From assembly GCA_950097015.1 (NCBI GenBank), contig CATNEN010000002.1, forward strand, positions 8,866,001 through 8,930,000: a DNA stretch of 64,000 bases, written 5' to 3'. Source of the stretch: Macrostomum hystrix (lineage: Eukaryota; Animalia; Platyhelminthes). Shown in pieces: positions 22,790-36,770 of the stretch. The notes under the pieces were generated by a model, which was given only the letters and a program-made list of their open reading frames with translations, had not been told where the DNA came from and searched no databases. The position numbers and the translations under genes are program-made. Position 1 is the stretch's first letter, and every line of letters begins with the position of its first letter.

Positions 22790-24875
22790 TTTGAGTGTGG
22801 ATTATCAAGTGTATTCTGGGTTGGGATTATCAGGTGCTTACCGAATTGGGATTACAAGGTGTCTTTTAAGTTGGGATTATCGGATGTTTTATGAGTTGGG
22901 ATTATCGGATGATTTCTGAGTTGGGATTATCGGATGATTTTTGAGTTGGGATTATCGGATGTTTTATGAGTTGGGATTATCGGATGATTTATGAGTAGGG
23001 ATTATCGGATGATTTCTGAGTTGGGATTATCGGATGATTTTTGAGTTGGGATTATCGGATGATTTATGAGTTGGGATTATCGGATGATTTATGAGTTGGG
23101 ATTATCGGATGTTTTATGAGTTGGGATTATCGGATGATTTCTGAGTTGGGATTATCGGATGATTTATGAGTTGGGATTATCGGATGATTTTTGAGTTGGG
23201 ATTATCGGATGATTTCTGAGTTGGGATTATCGGGTGATTTATGAGTTGGGATTATCGGATGATTTTTGAGTTGGGATTATCGGATGATTTATGAGTTGGG
23301 ATTATCGGATGATTTCTAAGTTGAGATTATCGGATGATTTCTAAGTTGAGATTATCGGATGATTTATGAGTTGGGATTATCGGATGATTTCTAAGTTGAG
23401 ATTATCGGATGATTTCTGAGTTGGGATTATCGGATGATTTATGAGTTGAGATTATCGGATGATTTCTAAGTTGAGATTATCGGATGATTTCTGAGTTGGG
23501 ATTATCGGATGATTTATGAGTTGAGATTATCGGATGATTTATGAGTTGGGATTATCGGATGATTTCTAAGTTGAGATTATCGGATGATTTATGAGTTGGG
23601 ATTATCGGATGATTTCTAAGTTGAGATTATCGGATGATTTATGAGTTGGGATTATCGGATGATTTCTAAGTTGAGATTATCGGATGATTTATGAGTTGGG
23701 ATTATCGGATGATTTCTAAGTTGAGATTATCGGATGATTTATGAGTTGGGATTATCGGATGATTTCTGAGTTGGGATTATCGGATGATTTATGAGTTGGG
23801 ATTATCGGATGATTTTTGAGTTGGGATTATCGGATGATTTCTAAGTTGAGATTATCGGATGATTTATGAGTTGGGATTATCGGATGATTTCTAAGTTGAG
23901 ATTATCGGATGATTTATGAGTTGGGATTATCGGATGATTTCTAAGTTGAGATTATCGGATGATTTATGAGTTGGGATTATCGGATGATTTCTAAGTTGAG
24001 ATTATCGGATGATTTATGAGTTGGGATTATCGGATGATTTATGAGTTGGGATTATCGGATGATTTCTAAGTTGAGATTATCGGATGATTTCTGAGTTGGG
24101 ATTATCGGATGATTTATGAGTTGGGATTATCGGATGATTTTTGAGTTGGGATTATCGGATGATTTCTAAGTTGAGATTATCGGATGATTTATGAGTTGGG
24201 ATTATCGGATGATTTCTAAGTTGAGATTATCGGATGATTTATGAGTTGGGATTATCGGATGATTTCTAAGTTGAGATTATCGGATGATTTATGAGTTGAG
24301 ATTATCGGATGATTTTTGAGTTGGGATTATCGGATGATTTCTGAGTTGGGATTATCGGATGATTTATGAGTTGGGATTATCGGATGATTTCTGAGTTTGG
24401 ATTATCGGATGATTTCTGAGTTGGGATTATCGGATGATTTATGAGTTGGGATTATCGGATGATTTCTGAGTTGGGATTATCGGATGTTTTCTGAGTTGGG
24501 ATTATCGGATGATTTCTGAGTTGGGATTATCGGATGATTTATGAGTTGAGATTATCGGATGATTTTTGAGTTGGGATTATCGGATGATTTATGAGTTGGG
24601 ATTATCGGATGATTTCTAAGTTGAGATTATCGGATGATTTATGAGTTGAGATTATCGGATGATTTTTGAGTTGGGATTATCGGATGATTTATGAGTTGGG
24701 ATTATCGGATGATTTCTAAGTTGAGATTATCGGATGATTTATGAGTTGGGATTATCGGATGATTTATGAGTTGGGATTATCGGATGATATCTGAGTTGTG
24801 ATTATCGGACGTTTTATGAGTTGGGATTATCGGATATTTTCAGAGTTGGGATTATCGGATGAATCTGAGTTGGGA
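22790..24875. repeat. 25-bp minisatellite (~80 units) downstream of POLR2C
   Basis: Unit gagttgggattatcggatgattt(a/c/t)t. Confidence 0.97.
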
Positions 24876-25025
24876 TCATCAGGTCTCATATGCATGGGGA
24901 TTAGGTTGACGCAGGACCTATTGATATCAGATTTAGAATTGACTGCAGTTGAAAACTGCCGCACAAGCACTGGTGGAGGGCAGTGCTGGATGTGAAAATG
25001 CCAGGCTGGCCAGAGCAGTGACGAG

Positions 25026-27174
25026 TCACATGTGCATGGGCATCCGCTCCGCAGCGCTAACCTCGTGCGTGAAGGCAGTCTGCAGATCCGACAGTTTCTT
25101 CTTGAGCACAGCCAAGCCCGACATGACAATATTCTGGGGCTGCAGGGAGCCGCACGACTCCACGGTGAAGAAGAACTGGTTCGGCTTGCCGAAACGGTCA
25201 TACTCGGCCTCGTGCTGGCCCTCGGGCAGCTGGCTGTATTCGCTCTTGGGCCAGGCGGCGGGCTCGTGCAGCGTGGTGTGCCGCAGGGCATTGTCCGGAT
25301 CATATTCGAAGGCCACCCCGCAGGTCGGGTTCCACTTGGCGTGCTCCTTGCTGAAGCCTTTCTTTGCGTAGGCGCGCAGGCGCAGCTCCTGGAGCGACAA
25401 AGCGGACAACTCAAAAACTCGCGAAACAAATTTGACTTCCCACTGTGAGCATGCATCCCCATTCCCAATGCGCAGACATTCCCAACAGACAGATTTTCTG
25501 TAATCTGAAACACTATTAACTATGCTCCAAATCCCCATTCCTAAAGTTCCACATCCCGTTCCCAATGCTCCTCAACGCCACTCCCAATGCTCCTCATCCT
25601 CATTCCCAATGCTCCTCATCCCCATTCCCAATGCTCCTAATCCTCATTCCCAATGCTCCTCATCGCCACTCCCAATGCTCCTCATCGCCACTCCCAATGC
25701 TCCTCATCCTCATTCCCAATGCTCCTCATCCCCATTCCCAATGCTCCACATCCCCAATCCCAATGCTCCTCATCCCCATTCCCAATGCTTCACATCCCCA
25801 TTCCCAAAGCTCCACATCCCCATTCCCAATGCTCCACATTCCCATTCTTAATGCTCCACATCGCCAATCCCAAAGCTCCACATCCCCAATCCCAATGCTC
25901 CTCATCCTCATTCCCAATGCTCCTCATCCCCATTCCCAATGCTCCACATACCCAATCATAATGCTCCTCATCCTCATTCCCAATGCTCCTCATCGCCACT
26001 CCCAATGCTCCTCATCGCCACTCCCAATGCTCCTCATCCTCATTCCCAATGCTCCTCATCCCCATTCCCAATGCTCCACATCCCCAATCCCAATTCTCCT
26101 CATCCCCATTCCCAATGCTCCACATCCCCAATCCCAATGCTCCTCATCCCCATTCCCAATGCTCCTCATCCCCATTCCCAATGCTCCACATCCCCAATCC
26201 CAATGCTCCTCATCCTCATTCCCAATGCTCCTCATCCTCATTGCCAATGCTCCTCATCCCCATTCCCAATGCTCCACATCCCCAATCCCAATGCTCCACA
26301 TCCCCAATCCCAATGCTCCTCATCCCCAATCCCAATGCTCCTCATCCCCATTCCCAAAGCTCCTCATCCCCATTCCCAATGCTCCACATCCCCAATCCCA
26401 ATGCTCCACATCCCCAATCCCAATGCTCCACATCCCCAATCCCAATGCTCCTCATCGCCACTCCCAATGCTCCTCATCGCCACTCCCAATGCTCCACATC
26501 CCCAATCCCAATGCTCCACATCCCCAATCCCAATGCTCCTCATCCCCAATCCCAATGCTCCTCATCCCCATTCCCAAAGCTCCTCATCCCCATTCCCAAA
26601 GCTCCACATCCCCATTCCCAATGCTCCACATTCCCATTCTTAATGCTCCACATCGCCAATCCCAAAGCTCCACATCCCCATTCCCAATGCTTACCTGGCC
26701 CTTGCGCAGCTTAACAATGAGAATCTCCTCGTGCTCTTTGTACTTTTCAGCCTCGTCATCTTCCTGATCAGTGCGCCGGCTGGAAACCGGCCGCACCTTG
26801 GGCTCGGCGCTCTCGAGGTGCTCGGTGGTCACATTCAGAATTTCATCGTCCGTGCAGCGGACATTCAAAGTGAACTCAACTGAGCACTCCGGGCAGAACT
26901 CCTCGCAGTGACAGTCTCGCGAGAACTGCATCTTATCGATGACGTCATCACAGGTGAGGGGAATCAGGCCGATGCGCTGCGATATGAACTCATCATTGAG
27001 CACAGAGGTGTTGGCCTCGATCTTTACCCAGTCTATGGCCAAAGTTGGCACCTCGGCGATGAAGACGCGGCGCAGCGCGTTGGCAACACTCAGGTCAGTG
27101 TTCTCAATGTTGAACTTCACGCAGTCCGACTCTCGCCCGGTAATGGTCAGTCTGGGGTTGTTGGCGTACGGCAT
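25026..27174 (-). CDS. POLR2C: RNA polymerase II subunit RPB3 (exons 26695..27174, 25026..25388)
   Basis: [62 protein letters not shown]|[27 protein letters not shown]; phase-0 canonical intron. Confidence 0.97.
25520..26690. repeat. 22-bp minisatellite filling the POLR2C intron
   Basis: Unit cccaatgctcctcatccccatt; G-rich on the transcribed strand; the first unit overlaps the donor GTAAGC. Confidence 0.95.
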
Positions 27175-29152
27175 GGCAGGCTGACAGCAAGCTGTAATGC
27201 GCGAGTTTGAGTCTAAACTTATCAGACACATGGTTGGTCAATTTTTCTAGCTAATGCTGGTAACCATTTAACAGCTAGGTGAACTGAAAAATGCTGCCTG
27301 AAAAGTACTAAATGACACAAATTTCCTTTAAGAGAAGTTGGAAATGAATTTGCCCACCTACTAACCTTAAAGCTTAACTATTAGGAGTCTGATGCTTTAA
27401 CAACTATAAATATATGATAAATCCTTGATTTCCTAGAATGACAAGTAGCTTTTATAACAGTCACAGCCATTAATTTGGCATAACTCACTCTCCCAATTGG
27501 AGTGAACCTAAAAATCGTGTGGACACCCTCTTAGGTGCCATGCAGGTGTGTAGGCAAACTTTGATCCTAGGAGTAGAGGATCTATTGGCACTCAAAATAG
27601 ATTTCCTCACACATGCAAAACACCATCCACAAAGACCCACATTTGGCCTAATAAGACTCTAGGAGTCTAGCTATAGTGATTTCAAGCTATTTCTTTTCTA
27701 TTCTGTGGATACCAAGACTTGTGTAGTCTGCTTACATAGTTATCCAATATGTTTATAACTATCCAGTATGTTTACCTAATCATCTTAACTTAAAAAAGAT
27801 TAATTTTAATGTTTTTTTATTTACAGAACTTTCTTTATATACTAGTAACTATGTTCTTTATATTCAAGACTAAATAGGTATAAAATGATTATTTTCCCTA
27901 ACAACTTGGTAGATTTTAGACTAGTTTTAACTTGTAACTATATCTGGATCTTAGAGTAGAAGTGATGATGCAAAGTTCTTTTTTTCTAATTTTAATATAT
28001 AATTTTAGTCTATTTTTTCAAAAGTCAAACAGCTGAACCAACAGAAATTTCCATATAAAAGTACATTTCTATGCAACCTAGACATTAACTCCATTGGTCA
28101 ACATTGATGTTAATGTTATTCATGTTATAATAATATTCAAAACTTAGGCCAACCTAAAATTCAGATACAAGCTTTGATTTAAATTTTGTCCTAAATTGAT
28201 TAAATCAAACCACTGAATACTTTACTTTTATAGCCAATATAGAAAACAATTTACAGACATTTTCTAGATTTAAGTGATAAGTAATTATAGCAGCCAAATT
28301 CGGCAGCAGACAAGGAATAGTCAACTTGGTATCAATGGATTGACACTGTCCTAATCATGCTTAGTAACAAAAAAGTTAATGGATACATTGATAGATACTC
28401 TTTAACTGACTATTAAACTGAAACAAAATTTAAATGCACTATGTATGACAGCAATGCATAGTGTTGATCACCACCGGAATTTATGTGTACAAAATTTCAA
28501 TTAAAGGTATTCAATTGATTTAAGCCTCTAATTGATCAATTAGAGGCTTGTTTGATTTAGCTAGATAAAAGTTAGTGTCACTCTGTGTGGTACTGGTAAA
28601 TTTTGTTTTTCATAAACTCATAGTCATAATTCAAATATTTCATGAAATGCATTGACTTTTATTTATTTATATATTTTAATAAATATAGGTCCTATATTTG
28701 TTTCATGATACTCAAACAACCACAACTTCAAGTTTGTGAACATTAGCTTTATAATCTAATGTTTTAGACCATGTTAACAAATAGATAACTACATACAACT
28801 ACATAGGCCCTAGTTGTACTATTGAACTGTCAATCCATTGTTACTGAATTGACCCAACCTCATTACCAAACTAGGCCTATGTAGTTGCCAAATTGTCTAT
28901 TACCAAATTGTCCTGTTTACTTGAAAGTATTTTAAATAGTTTAAAAAAAATAAAACAAGTGTCTTTCTAGACTTTATTTCTAGCACAATTTAGTCATAGC
29001 TATGGGTCAGATTTTGACAGTAAATAAAGTTGTAATCAAATATAACTAATGATTTACACTTTCCGGCCAAAAATAGCAAAGTGACACTTGGCCATAAAAC
29101 ATTTCAGCCCACTTATAAATGTATGTGGTATGTCTAATACTAATAGTTTTCA

Positions 29153-29184
<32 letters not shown>

Positions 29185-30408
29185 TAGATTTTAGATAGGT
29201 TTTAGATTCAAATCAGTTCACTTAAGGCTAGAGTATATTTTGTTAATGGATCCAAGTTATTATTTTATGAATAATGTTGGAATAATAAGAAATAAGCAAG
29301 CATTAATTTGACATATGTCTATGCATCGATTAACATGCTGAAGAGTTAAATGTTTGAAAATCTTGAGCATGAGTTCGGTTTAAATGCAAACCTAGACAAA
29401 CATAACGTAAACATATCAAAGTGTGAATTTTTCACATTAGTGACTTCATAATCCTAAAATTAGTTTTAAAGTAAATTTTAAAGAGCAGAGTAAGGCAAGA
29501 GAGCTTGTGTTGTTATGGTGCAGTAAATAAAAATGCGACTTTTAAAAACGTCGTTTTTCTAGGACATCGCCGTCTCCAACGCTCATCCGTGTTATGGTTG
29601 CATTCTCTGATACATCTCGAGAAAATACTGGTGTATTTAATGTATAGACCTGGGCTTTTTATGTTACGCGAAGTTTATTTCATTCTAAAGTGCAAAAATG
29701 CACGTTTGTGCATGACACTAATTTTGTTATTTATCTCTTTTTTATTTATTGTTTCAAGAATTCGATTATTAAATACAGGGTGAGAAATATTATCTTGAGC
29801 CGAACATTAATACATTGATGTAGATTTTAGCTGTTTTGCTTACTTGTTGGATTGTGTGTAAAAATATAAATAAGCTTTTTTATTAACTACATCATTATTT
29901 TCAAGGTATTGTAACTCTTATTATCAATCATTTTATATTTAACACATTTATATATATATTTTTTAACTTCAACTGATCCTACATTTCAATGTATCTACTA
30001 GCAAGCTTTGAAAGAGATAATGCAAAATACAAAATAATACAAAATGTCTTGCTTTTGTTGCCGAATTCAAGGAGCTAATTTTTTTGCTTTATAGAAATAT
30101 ATTTATGAAACCTGGAATATACAAGTTGTGCCCAGTATATTATAATAGTACTATCCTATCAAATATTATTTGAAAACTTTGCTTTTTCTTTACTAAAAAG
30201 GAAAATATCAAAATTTATAATTGGTTGTGCAACTGTTTCTATAGCAGATTTATAAACTTTGTATGATTTGCCTAAATAACTTTTCAAGTATCCATCTTTA
30301 ATGTTGACTCTTTTCAGCAAGCTTAGAGAATTCATTGTTCATTTAGTAACAGAATACAGGCCTACTAAGTAAGTAAATCCTTGTGACTGAAGCCAAACAG
30401 AATCAGCT

Positions 30409-33400
30409 ATGGGCGGCCTAGAGAGCAAGGACAGCCAGGATCTGGTTGACAACCTCAAGCGCCATGGCCACATGACAGATCCACGTGCTGAGCGGCTCAT
30501 GCGACTGGTTGATCGAGCTCACTTTATGCTGCAGTCTGACAGGTTTGTGCCAGGTGGAGGGTTCCAAAAATTCCAAGAAAAAAAATCTTGCTGCAACTTA
30601 GACTGCGATTCTCGATTTACGATAGCTTTGGTCCCAGGCACAACTGGAATTATTGTTGTAATACTAGCTACGATTCTAGCTTCGATTCCCAGCTACAATT
30701 CTAGTTGCGATACCAGCTACAATTCTAGCTTCGATTCCCAGCTACAATTCTAGTTGCGATACCAGCTACGATTCTAGCTTCGATTCCCAGCTAAAATTCT
30801 AGTTGCAATACCAGCTGATTTGCCGCAGAGGCTCCTTATATTCTCTCACGGAATTGTAGAACAGCTTTAAAGTAAAAATGCCTGATCCTTTTGGTAACTG
30901 GTTGCTATGTCTGCACAGACCCACAGCCTACGAGGATCGCGCATGGCACAGCGTCCACTTGCACATCTCAGCGCCCTGCATCTACGCCAAGGTGCTCAGC
31001 GAGCTCGAGCTGAGGCCTGGCCTCTCCTTCCTGAACCTGGGCAGCGGCACCGGCTACCTCAGCTGCCTCGCCGGCCTCGCCGTCGGCCCCAGCGGAGTGA
31101 ACCACGGCGTCGAACTGAATCCGAACACCTGCGACTATGCCAGGCTGCGGGTGGAGCAGCTGCGCGACACCTCCGAGGCGATGTTCGAATTCGACTTCTG
31201 CGAGCCCGTCTTCGCCTCCGGCAACTGCGTCTATTTGGCGCCATCGGATGGCAACGCCCTGAGGTATGGCAGCCTCCTTGATGCGTCCCCCTTAGCTCCC
31301 AAATACAGCCCGTAGCCCTTCCAACGCCAAATTTACCGTATATCATCTCTCCCCTGTCTCATCTCTTCCGTGTCTCATCTCTCCCCTGTCTCATCTCTCC
31401 ACTGTCTCATCTCTTCCGTGTCTCATCTCTCCCCTGTCTCATCTCTCCACTGTCTCATCTCTCCCCTGTCTCATCTCTCCACTGTCTTATCTCTCCCCTG
31501 TCTCATCTCTCCCCTGTCTCATCTCTCTATCATAAAATAAAAAATTGCAGCAGTGCTGTGGGCAATAGCACTTTGGTGACCCGCAGCCAGCGAGGAGGCA
31601 ATTCTTCCCATTTCCCTGACTCCTGAGTTCGCACGTACACAGATACTTTACGCAGGCACACGCTCACACAGGTGCCCTGACTTTCTCATCGTAAGGCAGT
31701 GTACACTTTCACTGTGCCTTGGAGGTTGGCCCTCAAGGGCGTAAATTACATGACAAGCCCCCAAGCCTTCTCTTCGCGGCTGCGCCCTAAATCAATGTAG
31801 CAAACGCTTTAACCACACTGCCACCGACCCCCCGTCTCATCCCTCTACTTGAAATATATGTTGAAGATGGCCATGTTTTCTCAACAATGCCACAGGTATG
31901 ACAGGATCTACTGTGGCGCGCAGTGTCCATCGAAGTACGTGCCGCTGATGCAGCGCTGGCTGACCGTCGGCGGGGTGATGATCGCGCCGGTGAACGAGTC
32001 GCTCATGAAATATCGCAGAGAGGGCCCCGAGACCTGGAAAGCTGAGAGCCTCATGTCGGTCATATTTTCGGGTTTGTTGCGTCACAGTGTGCTTTCGGCT
32101 GGTTAACGAACCTCTTTTGTCCATAATTAGTCCTCGTATTAGCTTTGTCAACACTTTAGGTCAGTCTTCCAATACTTCACAGCCATTCTTTCCTTCAGGG
32201 CAATCTTTTTGAGTCGTTTCAATAATACTTCAGGACTATTATTCCAATCCGAACACTTTACGATCAATCAGGGTCATACTTCCTCCTATTCTTCAAGGCC
32301 CTTCTACTGATCCTTCAGGGCCGTTCTTCCAATCCATGAGGGCGGGCCTTTTAAACCTACAATGTCACTGTACCAATACTTCAGGGTTGCTGTACCAATA
32401 CTTCAGGGTTGCTGCACCAATACTTCAGGGTTGCTGCACCAATACTTCAGGGTTGCTGTACCAATACTTCATGGTTGCTGTACCAATACTTCATGGTTGC
32501 TGTACCAATACTTCATGGTTGCTGTACCAATACTTCAGGGTTGCTGTACCAATACTTCAGGGTTGCTGTACCAATACTTCATGGTTGCTGTACCAATACT
32601 TCATGGTTGCTGTACCAATACTTCAGGGTTGCTGTACCAATACTTCATGGTTGCTGTACCAATACTTCATGGTGCTGTACCAATACTTCATGGTTGCTGT
32701 ACCAATACTTCAGGGTTGCTGTACCAATACTTCAGGGTTGCTGTACCAATACTTCAGGGTTGCTGTACCAATACTTCATGGTTGCTGTACCAATACTTCA
32801 TGGTTGCTGTACCAATACTTCATGGTTGCTGTACCAATACTTCAGGGTTTCTGCACCAATCCTTCAGTAAATTCTCAAATCCTTCAGTAAATTCTCAAAT
32901 CCTTCAGTAAATTTTCACTCTAACCCGCTCTCAAGAGCAGCTGATTCAGCATTTCCAACTGCTCAGCTCTGCAGTTTCAGCTCCTGAGCCTGACTGCCGA
33001 GATTCGCTAACATTTTCATCAGGTCTCGTGGAGCCGCCGACCGGTCTGGATCCTCGGCAGCCTCTGCCGCGTGTCGACCTGCCGGCGTTCAACCGCGTGC
33101 CAAGCCTGCAGTCGCTTTGCCGCGCCAGAGTTCGCAACTGTCTTCGCCAGCGCGTTCTGGAGGCGCACGATGGCCTGCCGCCGGCGCCGCCGATTCGACG
33201 GCCCGACGAGCTGGCGCGCGACGATGACCCGGAAGAGGCGGCCCTCGAGCAGCGTCAAATGGAGCTGGCTGGCGATGCTTCCGCGACCGATGCTCGCCGG
33301 CGTGGGCCACCAATGCCCCTACCAATGATGATGCCAGAAGAGGATGAGCCTCAGGGAGATCAGGACACGGACGATACCGCTTCGAACTCTTCGGCACCTG

Positions 33401-34131
33401 CTGAAGCTGCCGCCGCTGCCGTTGCCCCGGCAAACAACGCTGTCGGCGATACGATTGAGCAGCCGCCGGCAGCTGACGATCCCGACAACTCGCTGGACAT
33501 TGCGGAGATGGCAGCCGGGGACGACGACGCCGCAGAGGTGGCCGAAGCAGCGGATGCCGCAACCGCGGCTCGCCGGCAGCAGCAGCGGCTGGAGGTCAAC
33601 ATTGCCGAGATGATTCGACATGCCCTAATGCGCCGCGCGCAGCAGCCCGTAGAGCAGCAACGGCAGCAGCGACGCCCACGGCCCGACAACAATCCCGAGG
33701 CTCGGGTGCTGCCTCACCAGCCGTTGCCGCCGGCGCTGCTGCTGCGCGGCCTGCCCTATCTGCTGGCACCGCCGGGCGGCCCCGGCGTTGGCGAAGACGA
33801 TGGAGGCGCCGAGGAAGAGGAAGACGCTGACAGCGACGCCGATAGCGACGAAATGCGGGGTCCGGACGACGAAGTTCCAGCACTGCGACTGCCTAACGAG
33901 CAGGCCGGACGTCCGCCCGCCTTCAGGTGCCTGACGGACGAGCGCTGGCGGCATCGATCGGACGACGAGGACGCGGAGGCGAATCGCGAGTCGCAGCGGC
34001 AGCAGGTGGAGCTGGCGGCCAGGGAGCGGCTGTTCCGGCACAAGTACTCGCTCAGGGCTGAGCTGGAGGTCCTTGTGGCCCGACTGCCTGCTCCGCCGCT
34101 CATTCGCCGATTCCTCATGGAGCCCTGTTGA
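30409..34131 (+). CDS. PCMTD1: Protein-L-isoaspartate O-methyltransferase domain-containing protein with split SOCS box, PCMTD1/2-like (exons 30409..30542, 30919..31263, 31896..32071, 33023..34131)
   Basis: MGG...[51 protein letters not shown]-box [15 protein letters not shown] and Cul-box [11 protein letters not shown]; splice phases 2, 2, 1 are consistent. Confidence 0.92.
30665..30820. repeat. 24-25-bp minisatellite, PCMTD intron 1
   Basis: agctacaattctagcttcgattccc and variants. Confidence 0.8.
31340..31530. repeat. 16-18-bp pyrimidine-rich minisatellite, PCMTD intron 2
   Basis: Unit tctcatctctcccctg. Confidence 0.85.
32365..32910. repeat. 22-bp minisatellite, PCMTD intron 3
   Basis: Unit gttgctgtaccaatacttca(g/t)g. 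Confidence 0.95.
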
Positions 34132-34239
34132 ACTCCCCGCGTGACAGCTAGCGAGTGCCCCGTCCTGCTGAAGCATTTCAGGTTGACTTGGTATTGGCTC
34201 CCTGGAACAGCTTCACCTGATGTCTGACTGGCCGGGCTA

Positions 34240-35700
34240 TTGTATAACAGGTTAGGCTATTGTATAACAGGTTAGGCTATTGTATAACAGGATAGGCTAT
34301 TGTATTACAGGTTAGGCTATTGTATAACAGGTTAGGCTATTGTATAACTGGTTAGGCTATTGTATAACAGGTTAGGCTATTGTATTACAGGTTAGGCTAT
34401 TGTATTACAGGTTAGGCTATTATATAACAGGTTAGGCTATTGTATTACATGTTAGGCTATTATATAACAGGTTAGGCTATTGTATAACAGGTGAGGCTAT
34501 TGTATAACAGGTTAGGCTATTGTATAACAGGTTAGGCTATTGTATAACAGGTTAGGCTATTGTATAACAGGTTAGGCTATTGTATAGCAGGTTAGGCTAT
34601 TGTATTACAGGTTAGGCTATTGTATTACAGGTTAGGCTATTGTATAACAGGTTAGGCTATTGTATAACAGGTTAGGCTATTGTATAACAGGTTAGGCTAT
34701 TGTATAGCAGGTTAGGTATTGTATAGTAGGTTAGGTATTGTATAGCAGGTTAGGCTATTGTATAACAGGTTAAGATACTGTCTAACAGGTTAAGCTAATT
34801 GTCTAACAGGTTAGGCTATTGTCTAACAGGTTAGGCTATTGTCTAACAGGTTAAGATACTGTCTAACAGGTTAAGCTATTGTCTAACAGGTTAGGCTATT
34901 GTCTAACAGGTTAGGCTATTGTCTAACAGGTTAAGATACTGTCTAACAGGTTAAGCTATTGTCTAACCCGTTAAGCTATTGTCTAACAGGTCAAGCTATT
35001 GTCTAACAGGTTAAGCTAATTGTCTAACAGTTTAAGCTATTGTCTAACAGTTTAAGCTATTGTCTAACAGGTTAAGCTATTGTCTAACAGGTTAAGCTAA
35101 TTGTCTAACCCGTTAAGCTATTGTCTAACCCGTTAAGCTATTGTCTAGCAGGTTAAGCTAATTGTCTAACAGGTTAAGCTATTGTCTAACAGGTCAAGCT
35201 ATTGTCTAACAGGTTAAGCTAATTGTCTAACAGTTTAAGCTATTGTCTAACAGTTTAAGCTATTGTCTAACAGGTTAAGCTATTGTCTAACAGGTTAAGC
35301 TAATTGTCTAACCCGTTAAGCTATTGTCTAACCCGTTAAGCTATTGTCTAGCAGGTTAAGCTAATTGTCTAACAGGTTAAGCTATTGTCTAACAGGTTAA
35401 GCTATTGTCTAGCAGGTTAAGCTAATTGTCTAACAGGTTAAGCTATTGTCTAACAGGTTAAGCTATTGTCTAACAGGTTAAGCTAATTGTCTAACAGGTT
35501 AAGCTATTGTCTAACAGTTTAAGCTATTGTCTAACAGGTTAAGCTATTGTCTAACCCGTTAAGCTATTGTCTAGCAGGTTAAGCTAATTGTCTAACAGGT
35601 TAAGCTATTGTCTAACAGGTTAAGCTATTGTCTAGCAGGTTAAGCTAATTGTCTAACAGGTTAAGCTATTGTCTAACAGGTTAAGCTAATTGTCTAACAG
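34240..35700. repeat. 20-21-bp minisatellite just downstream of the PCMTD stop
   Basis: aggttaggctattgtataac grading into aggttaagctattgtctaac. Confidence 0.95.
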
Positions 35701-36414
35701 GTTTGGCCATAAAACATTCCTGTGCAGCAGACAGAAAGTTGTCGCGTGAGTTTAATGTTGCACTTATGGTTCTCAATTAGTTGCCCCGTTTTTTGCATTG
35801 ACAGTGGAAAAGTCTCGCAATTTTTTCTGTTGACAGATTCGATTTGAAATACTGTTGTTTAGCGGCTTGATGTTTCTCTAAGAATTTTTTAGTCTTTTGT
35901 TATTTTTTTGGCATCACTAAGTGTGTAGCATACTACTGCAGATGACTAAGTAGTAGTCATTATCGTGTTCAAAATAAAAGTCACTTCACATTTATTGAAG
36001 CTTTCAGTCCTAAACAGAGACAGTTAAGCAGTTTTACTGAGCCCAACAGCTTATCAATATTCATGGCTGCTGCAACATTTGAGCTCATTTTCGTCTTTCG
36101 AAAATTTTCTTGGAGTGCACATTTTCTCATTTATGCAAATTCGTTTTCAAATGAGCTAATTTCGTTTTGCTAACTTTTTTAATCGTGATTCCCTGTAAAT
36201 TTATCATTGTTTTGCTATTTTGTTGCTAAAAAACTTTTTTACAATCACTATTAGTTTTCAGTCTTGTAGATATTTGTTTATTTAGTTTGTCTCCAAACTC
36301 ATAATTTGTTCGCTTGTGTCCACTGGTCACTTGGAAGTTATCTCCCGAATATAAGTATATAATAAATATAATAAAACGCATATAATATTATAAGAAAATA
36401 AACAATTACTGTTG

Positions 36415-36770
36415 TTTCACAATGAGAACCTGTGTGAGGTCTCACCGGTTTCACAATGAGAACCTGTGTGAGGTCTCACCGGTTTCACAATGAGAACCTG
36501 TGTGAGGTCTCACCGGTTTCACAATGAGAACCTGTGTGAGTTCTCACCGGTTTCACAATGAGAACCTGTGTGAGTTCTCACCGGTTTCACAATGAGAACC
36601 TGTGTGAGGTCTCACCGGTTTCACAATGAGAACCTGTGTGAGGTCTCACCGGTTTCACAATGAGAACCTGTGTGAGGTCTCACCGGTTTCACAATGAGAA
36701 CCTGTGTGAGGTCTCACCGGTTTCACAATGAGAACCTGTGTGAGGTCTCACCGGTTTCACAATGAGAACC
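36415..36770. repeat. 34-bp partly palindromic minisatellite
   Basis: Unit ggtttcacaatgagaacctgtgtgaggtctcacc, ~10 contiguous copies with no spacers. Confidence 0.95.

Noticed and set aside
25522-26767. Several Pro/His/Ser-rich ORFs of 100-400 aa
   Set aside because: Antisense translations of the POLR2C intronic 22-mer array.
32336-32910. Three overlapping ([13 protein letters not shown])n ORFs
   Set aside because: 22-bp intronic minisatellite.
36415-36770. 34-bp partly palindromic repeats resembling CRISPR direct repeats
   Set aside because: Units are contiguous with no unique spacers, there are no cas genes and the context is eukaryotic; it is a minisatellite.
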